Part shown: piece by piece, positions 40,261 through 53,829 of the stretch
How the letters are laid out: the number at the start of each line of letters is the position of its first letter
Numbering within the stretch: position 1 is the first letter of the stretch
The notes under the pieces: generated by a model
The model's database searches: none
Told to the model about the DNA's origin: nothing
Seen by the model: only the letters and a program-made list of their open reading frames with translations
Origin: Camelus dromedarius
Taxonomy: Eukaryota
NCBI RefSeq assembly: GCF_036321535.1
Contig: NC_087437.1
Location: 74,464,001-74,528,000 of the forward strand
Reading direction: 5' to 3'
DNA length: 64,000 nt
Position numbers and translations under genes: made by a program

Positions 40261-43200
40261 ATAAATAACTATACGTCAAGACACACACACAGAGAGACAG
40301 ATACCCTATCTAACGAGTTCTAGGCCACAGAGGTGTAATGCAAATTCAAACGAAAAACTTTTTGCCTTTATCTCATTTTTTTCCCTACTGACGAGTCTTT
40401 GGATCCTCTCAACAGCCAAGCCTCTGAATTCTTCCATAACTTTGCTCTTAGTGTAACTTAGTGGATTTCCTACTCCTCACACCAGTTCTGCCCCACCATT
40501 CTGTCTCTCAGGCCACGGATTAAACTCAAGAGCCCCACTCACTACTACTACCCCAGTTCTGACCATGAAAATATTTTTACTACCAATCCTGTGTCACACA
40601 AGGATAGACAGCACTCTCACATTCTTCTCTTCGTTTTCCTATTTTATTTACATTATTACATTATTTAAGACTTAAAGCAGTAGTATATGCCCTGTCTTCC
40701 CCAACTGTATTGCAAAGGGAGGAACTGTAATCTCATGCTCATATTCAATTGCTTTCAATTCTGTCGAATATATAGTAGAAAATAAGTGCCTATAAATGTG
40801 GATATCTGTATGAGATAAATGCTCTTTTTCTCCTGCTTCATTCTTCCTTTGTCTGCTACCACTATCCAACCACCCCAAAATCCCATATGTCTCATTTGAG
40901 TTGGAAGATTTTTATTTTTCCCTGGGCTCCTCTGTCAGCCTTTTCTACGAATTACTACATATTCTGTATACATGTTAAACCTTTAGGGTTTTTTTCTTCA
41001 CTGGTTCATTTTAATTTATAGCAATTTGCTGGTCAAATGAATCAACTTCATCTATAACCCCTAAAATAATTATATCAAAAACATTACTGCAGTTTGCTGC
41101 ATTCAGCTTGTACATAAATGAAGATGACTCTATCCTGATGTTGCTGGGTTGGCTCTTGGATAAATAGGAACATATGTGGCATGTCCAAAGTAAATGGATG
41201 ACTTACTCTCCTGGATAACTTGATTTGGCAGGAAAAAAAAACTAGGTTTCCTGGCCCTTTTTCCTTTCATCCAGTAAGAATAAGCCATTGAGACAGCTCT
41301 TCTCCTATTGACACTCCATTAACTGCCAATACTGCTGGAGCTACACAGTCATAAATATGCAAAGTTTTATATGCAGGCCTATTTTGCATACTGTGCCTGT
41401 GTCCCCAGCTGCCTGCTATTTTTGTTCAAGTCAAACATGTTTTGATGTGCTTATTTTGTTGTTTTTGTTTGAATTCTGTGATACTGGATGATTAAAAACA
41501 GTTCATAAAAATCATCAGATACCCAAATGTTGCTGAAATAGGTCCAAAATTTAACCTTCTGTGTTTGGATATAAATATCGATGCTAATATGACAGTAACA
41601 CAGGAATCTATGTTTCATAAAATTCTTCACATATACAGGATTTGAATGATACCTAAATCACAAAGACCATGTGCATATAAACTCAAAAAGGTTAGAGCAC
41701 CTATGACTGAGTTATGTAATGCCAGAGCAGGATGGAAATTCAGAGATATGTGGATTCAACTCTTCCATTTATTAAGAAGTTGAAGCCAATATATATTAGG
41801 GTATTTGTTCATGGCTACGTAGCCAATTTAATGACAAATTACACAGAACCAGGTTCCTAGTGGCCCTTAGTTCAGTGTTCTTTTCCTATACAAAAATCAG
41901 AAGTAGTAATTGTGTCACCTTGGAGAAGACAGAATGGCCTTTATCTGGGAGTGCCTTATTCTTGTTCTGGGATGTGCTGCTCTGCTGAGACAGGTCAGCC
42001 TTGCTCTTTCTATACCCAAGGATAAATAAGTCTCTAGAGGCAGAATCTCACTAAATAAAAGGTACTTAACACCGAGGAAGTCACAAGAATGAAATTTTAT
42101 AATTTAACATTGACAAATAGAAAATTCCATAGACCGTATGATTCAGGCCAGCATTATTGTCACAGCCAAGCTACACAGAAAGCTAGATACACATCACCTT
42201 ATTCTTCAGCCATGAGGAATTATCACAGATATCAAGAATTTATTCTTATGTAATCAGAGAATTTCCCTCTAGGCTCAGAAGATACTAACTCAAACGCCTA
42301 CAGGGGCTGATGTTAAGTTGCTGAAACAGCTGGGTCTAATACCACAGGGACTGGTGAAGAGTCTGGGAAAATAGAATATAAATTAATATAAATTAAAGGG
42401 AGCAGCTGCTTTTCATCTGTAGTCAGTATCTACCAACTAGAAATTTGAATCTAATCTCACAAAAACTTTCTATTTTTGGAGAGGAAGTAAGAGTGCCTAA
42501 AAACCACTTTCCTGATTTTTATATGCGTACAACTATTTATGAATATTTATTTTAATTACATAAGATAATAATTTTTGGTCTGAACTTGACCTCTGGATCC
42601 TCAGTTTACAACCTTTCCTATGGAGACTTACAAACAAAGTCAAATCATAACCAGATGTTTGCTTACCTATAATAGAGTCAGAACAAAATATATAATTATT
42701 TCATGTCCCCAGTCAAATTAAGTCATATGTAGAATTTCCATTAGGAATAATGTTGCCAATGAGGAGCAGAAATGCCATAAATTTGCTCTCTCCATTCCTT
42801 ACATCTATGTCCAAACCAGGGATGGACCTGTTATCAGCCTAGAGAATTCTCCTCCAATAGTTGAGAATCCTTTTTTCCTGTATTGTACATATGGCTATAT
42901 TCAACTTTACCTCAACAACTCTCCATTTTTTTCTGTGCTTCTAGAATGACCAACCTCTTTTAATTAAAAAAAGAAGAAGAAGAAAACTCTTCTATAGACA
43001 TTTTAAATCATTCTTTCCACTGGAATTTGACACAACATTGTAAAAAGATTATTTATAATAAATCAATAAAAAATGTTAAAAAAAAATACATTCTTTCTTG
43101 TCAGTGTAAGATTGGTTAGCCTGGGAATAGTCCTGATTTCTTCAGGTGAATTTGGATTTGCCTGTTCAAATCCTCCCTGTGTTGATACTATATTTAACTG

Positions 43201-44779
43201 TGAGTGGGTAACATTAATTTCCTCATGTCCAAGGTCTTGGGGGACTACTTCAATGCAGCTTCTAATTCTGACTCTTAAGACCAGCTAATGGCATAGTGTT
43301 CTCAAGGTCATGGAGTGACATGAATTTCCAAATACTCAAAAAATTAATACATTAAATTTTAATTTATATCTAAAATATCCTACCAGTTGCTGAACTAGGT
43401 AGCATTTACAGCGTCCTATGTTCTCCCTTACAAATCCTGAGGCATGCTAGCAACCTACCATCATTTGTACAGAAGTGGTTGAGATATTTGTACTGTCAAC
43501 AGTCAGGGTACACTGAAACTTATCAGGCAACCAAATCACTGCCTCAATTTTTCCTCATTCTTGACACAAAAAGTGAATACACCAATGGGAACAAAGCATT
43601 GGATTTTCAAACAGAACAAATCATGTTCCCTATGGGATCTTGAGCTGATGGAGCCATGAGCTTTTCTTTAGGGGCAGTGACAATGCTATCTCAACATGCT
43701 CCTTGCTTGGGTACCAAGGAGTTTGTCATGCAGACCACTTGCTAGACAGCAGCTCCAAGCCTGCTATCAGTGTCTCCAGAGGAGACAAGAGTCAGATAGG
43801 CAGGTGATATCTTAGTTGCCATTTAATGAAGCTCCAAAAATCTTTTACATATAATCAGCTGTATCAGCTCTGACTATTCTGTCCCATAAACTAAGAAATA
43901 TAGCCTTTCCCATTTTATGCTGAACCTTGAAAACTAAACTTAGATGCAGTATAATATAATGGTACAGACTATGGATTCCAAAATAAGATTGCCTTCACAG
44001 GTTGTTCTGCCACCTAAAAGGCCTGTGCCTCAGTTTCCTCATTTGTCAAAATGGTATTAACATAGGATCTACGTCATAGAGTTTTTGCAATCATTAAATG
44101 AGTTAATATGTGCTACTTAGGATAGCGTTTGGCATATGATAAGCACTATGTACATTTTATGTAACTATTTTTCAGTTATCACCTACATTACCATCTCTGT
44201 GACTGTGCCTTTGTAATTTTTTTCCCAACAATTCTGTCCCGTTGCCTCCACAATTTCATATATGCTTGTCAAGGAGATGTTCGATTTTCTGGTTTAGAAA
44301 ATATATTCATCATCATTAAAGAAAACATATTTCCAAAATAGTACTGCTGTTCAATTTTTCTATCCTTAAAACATCAGCTGCAGAGTCCCACGGCAGGAAG
44401 TACCTCCTGATGTCCCCTAGTCCCTAGTACTCTTTTCCTCTTCTGTGTCTTGGTCCATAAAGGGCTAATTTCCTTAGACACTTTAGCTCAAAATCAAATC
44501 TCAAATGTCAAACAATGAGTATGTTTTTTTTTTTTAAGCCACAAAAGGATACTCAGCAAGCTGATCCAAGTTCCTTTGCTTCTAGATCATGCACTCTTTC
44601 CAAATTAATGAAGCTTTTTAAACTCCACTGTCATTTTCACTTTGGCTCTACTCAGGGTAACGAGATTTCTGGTCATTAAAAATAATTTGCAGAAAAACTC
44701 TCTTGTAGCAGAGATCATTGTTGCTTTAATATAATAAGCTAGTCTATCCAGTAAGAATCCCAGAATCACATAGGATTCA

Positions 44780-45295
44780 TTATTTTTCACATGTTGCTCT
44801 CATTATTCAAAATTTAATGGCTTATGATAACAGCCATCTTAGTGCCTCTCAAGTTCCTTTAGGCTGACTGGCATCAGTTGGATGGTTGTTCTGTTCCATA
44901 GGATATTGGCTGGGTCTACAGCTGTCTGGGGGCTCAACTGCACTGGAACAGGCAAGATGGCTCGCTTTCAGGCTGGCAGTTGGTACTGGCTGCCCACTGA
45001 CATCTTCTCTAGGGCTGTGGACCAAACCACTTCAGGTCTCATGCTGCTTATGGCATGACAGCTAGGTTTTTAGAAGGGACATCACAAGAATGAGTGTTTC
45101 AAGAGCAAAAAAATAGAAGTTGTTAGTCCTTTTAAGGCCTGGACTCAGAAGTCCCAGAACATTCTATTGGTCGAAGCAGTCACAAGAGCCCAGATTCAAA
45201 GGGAGAAACTGTAACCATCTCTTCCTGTGAGGAGTGGCATGCAGGGTAGGGAAGGGAGGAATTGCAAAAGCCATCTCTGGAGACTGGCTACCATG
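44780..45295 (-). mobile_element. MaLR LTR (MLT1J/K-like)
   Basis: CAAGATGGCTC..GGCTGGCAGTTGG..CATTCTATTGGTC.AAGCAGTCACAAG..CCCAGATTCAA. Confidence 0.7.
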
Positions 45296-47167
45296 GTAAC
45301 TAAAACCCTCCTCTTCCCCACAGATTTATTCTGTCTGTTGATGGACGGCAAATGGAATAAGAATTAACTTCAAAAGATAAAACAAGTTATAAATAATGTT
45401 TTTAAACTGTATTGAAATAGAGTAGAAAGAAATACAACCTTGGAATCAGAATACTGGAGTTCTAATCCAAGCTCTGTAATTTATAAACTAACATGACCTA
45501 GAACAATTCACCTAAACTGAGTATCTTAGATTATTTTCTTACAAGATAAGATGGAGGAAAAACAGGCAAGAAACTGACCCTGGGAAGGAAAGTAAAATAA
45601 CTGATAAATGGCCAACATGTAACTTTCAAAGAGAAAATCATTCATCAGACTTAGGAAGACAAACTCAGAGTCTTAATATAGTCTCAGGATACTGTCAGTC
45701 TCCTCTGATTGTTGTCATAACCACAAAACGTAAAATCCACACGGTTGGGTCAGTCCCCACGAAACGCCAAAGAGAAAAGGGCAAAACTCACCAGATGGAA
45801 TGAGGAACTGGGAGCAGACCTGGGTCAGGCAACAGGCAGAGATAAAGAGATCAGCATAGTTCTGGTCTCTATGCATTTTTATTCAGATTTCCTGAATTAA
45901 CAATCAATTCTAAATTTCAAATTTTCAACTCTAGTTCTACATCGAAACTGCCTGTAGAACTTAAAAAAGGACAGGTCCACACTATGCATACTCTTCCTCC
46001 ATCTGGAACACACTTCTGTCCTGGTTAATTCCAATTCATCCTTTAAGTCTCAGCTCACAAGTCGCCATCTCCCAGAGGGCTTCTCAGAGGCCTCCTCAGC
46101 CCAGGATAGAGGAGCATCTCTCCTCTGTGTTCCCAAAGATTATCACATTTAATATGTCCCATTTTCTTGTTTCTCTTCTTCAGTATATTGTAAAACTAGT
46201 GAATTCCTCAGGCCTAGCACAATATACCATCCTTCACCACCAAGATAGGTGATAGATAAACAGATAGATGATGGATAGAAGGATGGATGGAAGGAATGAA
46301 GGAAGGAGAGAGAGGGGAGAAGAAGAAAAAGAAGGAAGAAAGGAGGATCATATGCCCAGTTTCTTTCTGCCCTCTCCAATACACATTTGCTCACACATTT
46401 ACACCCCGGCCACCTGCCAAGAGATTCTAAATCAATGAACATATATTTTCATAGATTCTATTCCTGATGTGTAGTCAAGGTTGATATTTATTGCCATATG
46501 CTCGTACTGGCACAAGAATCCTATATTGATCCAGATGTTGGGCATAAAATTCAAGGGTGGGAATACTATGTTTTTCTCCTGGTCCAGATATGGAAACCAA
46601 GGGAAATAAATTTTTTTGAGCATTCATTATGTGTCAAGCAGTATTCCAAATGTCCTGAATATATTTTATTCTCATTGTAATGACAACAACACTCTCTTAC
46701 TATCTCTATCTCTTTTTCACTAAGGATAAGGAAGTTGGGGAATGATACAGAGAGAATGAGTAATTCTGCAGGTAGCAGGTAGCAGGTAGAGCCTGGTGTA
46801 CAAAAGCAACCACAGCAGCACAGGGACTGTGCCCCATTAGATTATCTGCTACCTGCTAAGCACAAAACTAAGCCAGATTGATGTTCAAACATATTTATGA
46901 GCAGGAGCACAGGGTTTACCTTGTCTCCTTTTGTAGCCAGAAAGCATACTAGTGCATAGGAAATGATTAAACCACAAAAACCATTAAGGCAACAAATATA
47001 TATTCAACCACAGTGCTGCCACTGGGGATAGGAATACGGAAGACAGAACATGAAATAATGCAGCAGAAAAGTAATGACTGAGTTGAGTAAAATGTTTTCT
47101 AAGAAATGGGTGAGACACTTTCAAGGGGCACCCACATGGGTGTTCTTTCCTTCCCACCAAATCCAAT

Positions 47168-47347
47168 AGCAGGGCCAACTTGATAGCGTGCAACTTGTGG
47201 GGTTGCATAGGGGCCATGGTGAGAAGGCAGGCTCCTCTTGGTTTAATGCTCTATTGTCATTATCTTGAAAGTTTTAATGATTTTGAACCAAAAAACCCAC
47301 CCATTTTCATTTTATACTTAGCCCCACCAATTAGGTACCAGGTCCTG
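47168..47347. mobile_element. hAT-Tip100 MITE (MER91-like)
   Basis: CAGGGCC..CTTGGTTTAATGCTCT..TCTTGAAA..TTTTCATTTT..GGTCCTG with inverted termini. Confidence 0.55.
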
Positions 47348-48499
47348 TCCAGGAAATTCTATAAAGCCCCTCACTGCATAGCAATCTGTAAAGGAGACAT
47401 TTTTGTAATAGGTAGCTAAAGCCAACAAGTTTGCAAAAATGAGGAAGTTGCCTAAATATCTGTAATAACAAGCAAGAAGACAATTGTTAGACTCATTGAA
47501 GTACAGACAGGGTCTTAAAAACCCTTGTCATCGGCATATCAGTCTTAAAGCAAAGGAGGGACAAGGCTGACGTGAAAGAGATTAGCTCAGCAGGTATTGG
47601 CCCAGCCTGGAAATACAGAAGTGCATCAATGGACCATAGCAAACAAGGACAGTGAGAAAACAGACACGGATGAAAATTAGAAGGACAATATCCTTAGCGG
47701 TAGTGGCAGAGTATTTTATCAAAACCTCTGGAAGGATAAATTGGTAATAGATATTGGGGGAGGGCATACATTTTTCTGTATATCATTTTTAACTGTGTTA
47801 TGCTTAAGTGAACTGCTTAGTAATCTGTATATAATTTAATTTCATGATGTGAATTCAGTCATTCTTAATTAGTCATTTTTGATGTCATTGTAAACTACTG
47901 AGTTATGAGAACCTCTTCCAGAATGATTAATCACAGGAAAATAACTGGATATTTGTGCTGACATTCTTATTGCTCAGAGGGAACAAATGAGGCAAGAAGG
48001 TAATATCGAATGATCCTATGAAGACTTGTTTCTGTTTAAGTAAGCCGGTTGCTTAGGACACCTACTGGGAAGGAACAAGTGCTCATAATAATGTGTAATA
48101 CTGAGGGCTTTTGTGCCTCATTTATTTATTTAACCCCTGTAAGAACTCTATGAGGCAGATACTATTTTGATCCCTATATTATTGACAGGAAAATTGAGGT
48201 ATATATGAGTTAAATTATATCCTCAAGATCATACAGTTAAGCCATAGTCTTATCAAGGAGCAAACAGATTGACACATTAAAGAAGACATCACTTACATAA
48301 TCAGAGAGATATACATCCAGACTCACACCCATGAGTATGACTCCAGCTTAGCGCTCAGACACACTGCTCTATGCTGCACTATTTGTGCTTTCACAGGCAG
48401 GTACGCCTTGGGCTAGATCTCACCATGCTGATCCTCTCAAACACCTATGAACTAGTTCATTTGTTTAAAAGACTATCCTCTCTCCACTAAATAGGGATA

Positions 48500-49830
48500 T
48501 TTTTATACCCCCTAGAATATGAAGTTCACCCTTTACCTCACACCATATGCAAAAATTAATTCAAAATGTGTCATAAACTCACTGTAAAAACTGTCAACGA
48601 TAGACCTAAAACTAAAAAACCTCCAGGAAAAAAACCTGGTCGCAACCTTGGGTTAGAAGGAGATTACTCAAAGAGAAAAATAATATTTCTCAAATAGCTC
48701 AAACTCTAAAAGAAAAAAATTGATACACTGAACTTTATCAAAATTAAAATATTTTACTCTTCAAAAGACACTGCTAAGAAAATGAAAAGACAAGTCACAA
48801 ACTAGGAGAGAATATAAACAAGTACCTTTTAAAAGGCTATGTTAGAATATACAAAGAACTCTTAAATTCAATAATTAGAAGATAAACAGATCAGCAAAAA
48901 ATAATGGGCAAAAATTAGAACAGATACTTCACTAAAGAAAAGATATAGATGGCTAGTCAGCACAGGAAGGATGTTCAATGGGAGATGAAAATTAAAAGTT
49001 AAATGAAATGCCACCAGACCCTCACGAGAATGGTTACATTAAAAGACTGACAAATATCAAGTTTTGGTGAGAATGTGGAACAACTGGAACTCTCATCTAC
49101 TGCCTCTGGGAAAGCAAAACAGGCATTTTTCTTTTTAGCCATTTTAGAAAACGGTTTAACAATTGTTAGGTTACATTAAGCATGTACTTATTGTATCACC
49201 CAACAATTCCACTTTTAGAAATTTACCCAAGAGAAATGACAACATATGTCCATACAAAGACTAATTCATAACTGTTCTATTCATAATTGCCAAAAACTGG
49301 AAAGAACTCAAATGTCCATCAACTTATGAATGCATAAACACCCATACAAAGGAATACTACTTAGCTATAAAAATAAACTACTGATACAAAAAAGAGCATA
49401 GAGTAATCTCAAAAGAATTATGCTAAATGAAAAATGAATATATGCATATACATATGCATTACTGGGACATTATGCTGTACACCAGAAATTGACACATTGT
49501 AAATGACTATACTTTGATTTAAAAAAAAAAACAAGTATTATGCTAAATGAAAAAAGCCAGACACAAAAGACTTTACACTCTATAGTGTTTTTTTATATAA
49601 AGTTTTTTAAGAAGGCAGACTGTAGATATGGAAAGCAGGTGAGTGATGGCCAGAGGTTAAAGGAAAGGACTAACTGAAAAGGGTCATGAAAGAACTATTT
49701 GGGATGATGGAAATATTCTAGATGATGATTGTGGTGGCTACACACTGTATGTATTTGTAGAAAATCATTAAATTGTACAATTAAACAGCTGTTAATTTAT
49801 GCAAATTACACCTCAATAAAACTGACCCCC
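48500..49830 (+). mobile_element. Old L1 (L1MC-like) 3' portion with a nested young L1 tip (49435-49536)
   Basis: ACCTCACACCATATGCAAAAATTAATTCAAAATG..CAATTCCAC..ATTTACCCAAGAGAAATG..ACCTCAATAAA; the nested insert has a perfect 18-bp TSD. Confidence 0.85.
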
Positions 49831-51335
49831 AAAAAACCCTCTTTAGTCAATCATAACGTAGCAAATTTGTTAACAGCTGCATTATACAAAGTTGTGAACC
49901 TATGTAAGATTATCTTTACATCTTCTTCATTCATCTGTAATTTTTGACAGGGTAATTGCTTGCCAAGTTATTGTTTCCAGTACCATTTTATAATCACATA
50001 CATTAGGTAACAAGTATTTCCTGATGAAACACTTTTGCTTTGAAACACATACATTTCATTAAATCACAGATACTAGATTCCACAAAGGTGAAACGTTTTT
50101 GCACTGCAAGAATTTAATGAGCATATGGGGTGGGGGAGCTTCTCGATTTCCATGTGCAGTATATTGAAGCCATTCCATCCTTTCAGGACACCACTGGTGG
50201 TGACTGTTTATCCAAGTGGCCGCTCCCCAGATGAATTTAGGAAAAACTGAAATGCTTATGACTCATCCTGATTCATTGTTTAGTGCTTGTGGATAAAAAT
50301 TGCCTGTTAAATTTCTTCTTCCAAACACTCACATTTCAAATGAGGGAAGTTCTGAAAGCCAAGATGCTTGCTTCCTGCTCCTTTTAACACAGCCATGTCC
50401 ACACTTTTGTGGATGCCAACAGGAGCCTGGACCACCATCATTTCTTAAAAATGGATTTTTAGAGAACTGATTGAACCTTAAACCTAAATAAAATAATTTT
50501 TCATTTCTTTTTCCAAATGTAGCTTTTTAAAGCAATGTAGATAAAACAGAAAATGTTTCAAAGTTCAGCACAGAAAATAATAAATGTAAGAAAATAATAA
50601 GAATTGTATACTATTCTCTGCTTACAAATGCCTTTTTAAACATTATCTCAAATCAAACCAAACCGCCAGAGGGTCAGCCATGAATTAAGATGAACTCCTC
50701 AGAAATATTTTTTCTTTGATTATAGAACATCTCTAGGAAGTTTCCTAACACTAGACAAGCCCTGAGACAGCTCAGAACAATGCACGGAGTGCAAGGAAAA
50801 GCACCAGACCTCTCAGGTTGTTAGTGACACACTTAAAATGGGCTTTTTAAAAATCAATTAAACTCATGTCATTTCCTAATACAACCAAGTTCCCACTGTT
50901 TGCGAACAGCTAATATCTCAAAGTGAAACATTTTTGGCAAGACCAAATGTAGAGTATGCTTTCAGGCTCCACTCCCTGGATTTCTTCCAGAAGAAAAGTC
51001 GATTTGCTTGACTAAAAATTTTGAGATGTCACTAGGCATACAGACACATACTTTGGGAAAGTCGGCTCTAGGATGAATGATGCAGTAGGAAAAATTCCCG
51101 TTGGGGATGCATAAATGGAGATATTGGGGTGTGCTTCAAGACCTTAGAAATAATGTGAGTTTTAAAGAATTAAAGTAATAGTAATTCACATTTTCATATA
51201 GAGCAGTAAAACAAAAGATAACGTTATATGATGAAGAGTTTAGATACATGTAGAACTCTAGTCAAGGTAATCTATTTATTTTATCCTTTTCCCCTTAAAA
51301 AAAAAAAAAAGAAGAATTTAAGGTAGCATACAGAA

Positions 51336-51436
51336 CATGCTCAGCATGCATAATGTCCTGGGTTCGATCCCAGTACCTCAATTAAAATAAATAAACAAGT
51401 AAAAAACCCAACTACCTCCCTCTCTCCCCCCCAAAA
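51336..51436 (+). mobile_element. 5'-truncated camelid-type tRNA-derived SINE (Vic-1-like)
   Basis: B-box GGTTCGATCCC then CAGTACCTC; perfect 16-bp TSD AAGGTAGCATACAGAA at 51320-51335 and 51437-51452. Confidence 0.85.
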
Positions 51437-51489
51437 AAGGTAGCATACAGAAATGTATACAATATAATAAGAGGACAATAGATAAAAAA

Positions 51490-53810
51490 TAAATGTTGAC
51501 GATTCTAGATATTAGAAGGGAGAATTGAGTGCACAAATCTACTTTTGCTTTTTCCTCAAACCCCACTAAAATGACTGAATAGAGACTTTAAGTCATAAGA
51601 GTAAAAGATGGAAAGAACAGGAGGTAATAGGAGCAAAATTTTGGAAGAGGTGGGTTAGTGGTAATGACAAACTACATGAGAAACAGAATCCTAAAGCAGT
51701 AGGGTACAATGCCAAAAATAAATCGTCTTTGTTTAACAGAATCCTCAAAAGGCTCAGGAATTGATGGCACCAGTTCACTCTGGAAATGATGACAAAGAAC
51801 GTATCCCAAAATGAGGGTGGCTTGATGCAGTAGTCCTTTAGTTCCTCACTCCTACCCCAGCAAAAGACTGAAGTTTTGTTTATTAGAGAAGTTAAAACAA
51901 AGTGCTTCTAGATTAGGCAGGGGGTGGGCTGGGGTGGGGTGGTACCAGAAACTGGTGAGGGTAGAAGTATGATACTAAATACAGCTAGATTAAGTACCCA
52001 AACCTCACTGGATTCTTTTTTGGGGGGCAGATGGATAATTGAGTCTATTTATTCATTTGCTTAAATGGAGGTACTAGGGATTGAACCCAGGACCTCCTGC
52101 ATGCTAAGCCAGCACTCTACCACTGAGCTATATATCTATCCGCCCTCCCTCACTGGATTTTTAGAGTCCAGTCTACTTTCCTTACTCAGAGTTCAGAACA
52201 CTGGCAGTTGCTGGACCTTCTACCTCCATGTAGAAGATCGGAGGAGTTTACTTCAGAGACTCTTACTAGCTAAGAGGAGAGACCTGGAGGATACCAACAT
52301 CAGGGGTTCATGCAAAAAAGGCCCAGCCTTATCACTCTACAGTAAAACTCACGGTTCACCAGCCCTAGCTGCACTCTCAGACCTTTTAAATGGCTTTTTA
52401 GACTCTTACTATTAAATGGGAGAAGCAAGCAAAAATTACTAATGTCTGAATAAGGCCTCTAATGCAAAAGATGACAATTTGGAGGAAACAAGCACTACAC
52501 AAAGAGAAGAAAGAGTAACAGTCATTAACACACTCAAAGAGATAAAATAAACTACTGCACAGAGGTAGAAACAGTGTCATTAGGAACATTCCAAAAATAA
52601 ACCCAGAAAAGAGCTCTTTGAAATTAAACATGTGGTTGTAGAAGTGCAAAACTCAGTTGAAGTATTGAAAGATAAAACTGAGTAAATCTCTCGGAAAGAA
52701 GAGCAAAAAAATTAAGAGAAGAAAAATTAGAAAAAAAATGACAAGAACAACTAGATCAGGAGGTCTAATCTCTGAATAACAAAAATTACAGGGGAAAAAA
52801 ACAGAGAAAATAAAGAAAATCATTAAGAAGATTTTCAAGAAAATGTCCCAACCTATAGGACTTGCTTTTTCAGACTGAAAAACCCTAAACAGTGGATTAA
52901 AATATACCTACACTAAGGTATTTTATCATAGAATTCAGGTCCCTGGTAACAAAGAGAATAGTAAAAAGCAGGTCACACTCAAACAGTATCATACTTCAGG
53001 AGCCACCCCTTAAAGATAGATAGCAGTACCTTTAAAGTACTGAAGAAAAGAGGCATATACCTGGCCATACTCAAAATTAAGGAAGAAGATAAAGACCATT
53101 TTGGACACACAGAGTTTTTAATGTGTATCCCTCTTTCCTAGGAATCTAGGAGAGGATGAGAGCTTCATTAAAATGAAGGAGTAAGCCAAGAAAAAGGAAA
53201 ATAAGAAATGAAGGAAAGAGTACATACTCACTAGAAGCCCAAAAAGAATTCCCAAGTAAAGGTCAAGGAAGTTTCTATAATAACAGCTGTGCCCCAGCAA
53301 AGAAGGAAAACAATCCAGATGGGAGTAGGGCAGGAAGGTCTCCAGGAAGAGATTTTCAGAAGATGAAACTGATAGAACACCTGATATATTTCAACATCTT
53401 GAGAGGATATTCAGACAATATGACCTCCAGGGAAAACATAAAGTTGTGCAAGGAAAGCAAAATTACCGAGATTCACTAAACGGTTCAAATGTCAATTGTG
53501 TTTAACCCTATCAAGAGGATGAGGTCTGGGAGGTACCATTTGTGCAGTGGAGAGTGGGAGTGGTTAAAGAGAGCTAAAATTGCAAATTTTGTAGCTGGAA
53601 GCCAATAAGCCTTACCTAAAATTAACAAACCAAGAAGTAGCAATGAAGCATGATATTCAGAGACATGGAAATACATCCCAAAATAATCCACCAAGAGTAA
53701 GGCAAAGTAACTACTGGTTTTCATAACAAACCTTGTAAAAACAATAATCTGCCTTTTTAAGCTTTGTGTATATATAACTTTGACAGAAACTAAAACAAAA
53801 AAAAAAAGCA
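51490..53810 (+). mobile_element. Ancient L1ME/HAL1-like element (5'/ORF1-like region), interrupted by the SINE
   Basis: A-rich ORF1-like segment (GATCAGGAGGTCTAA..AAGAAAATGTCCCA..) followed by a HAL1-like tail (ACAGCTGTG..TCCAGAT..GAAACTGATAGA). Confidence 0.55.
52015..52147 (-). mobile_element. Camelid-type tRNA-derived SINE (Vic-1-like)
   Basis: Minus strand reads TAGCTCAGTGGTAGAG (A-box) and GGTTCAATCCC (B-box); TSD CCTCACTGGATT at 52003-52014 and 52148-52159. Confidence 0.88.
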
Positions 53811-53829
53811 ATATAACAAGTGGTTACCT

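Noticed and set aside
52065..52415. 116-aa ORF MEVLGIEPRTSCMLS..
   Set aside because: It starts in the antisense SINE and continues in decayed L1, a known source of false gene models.
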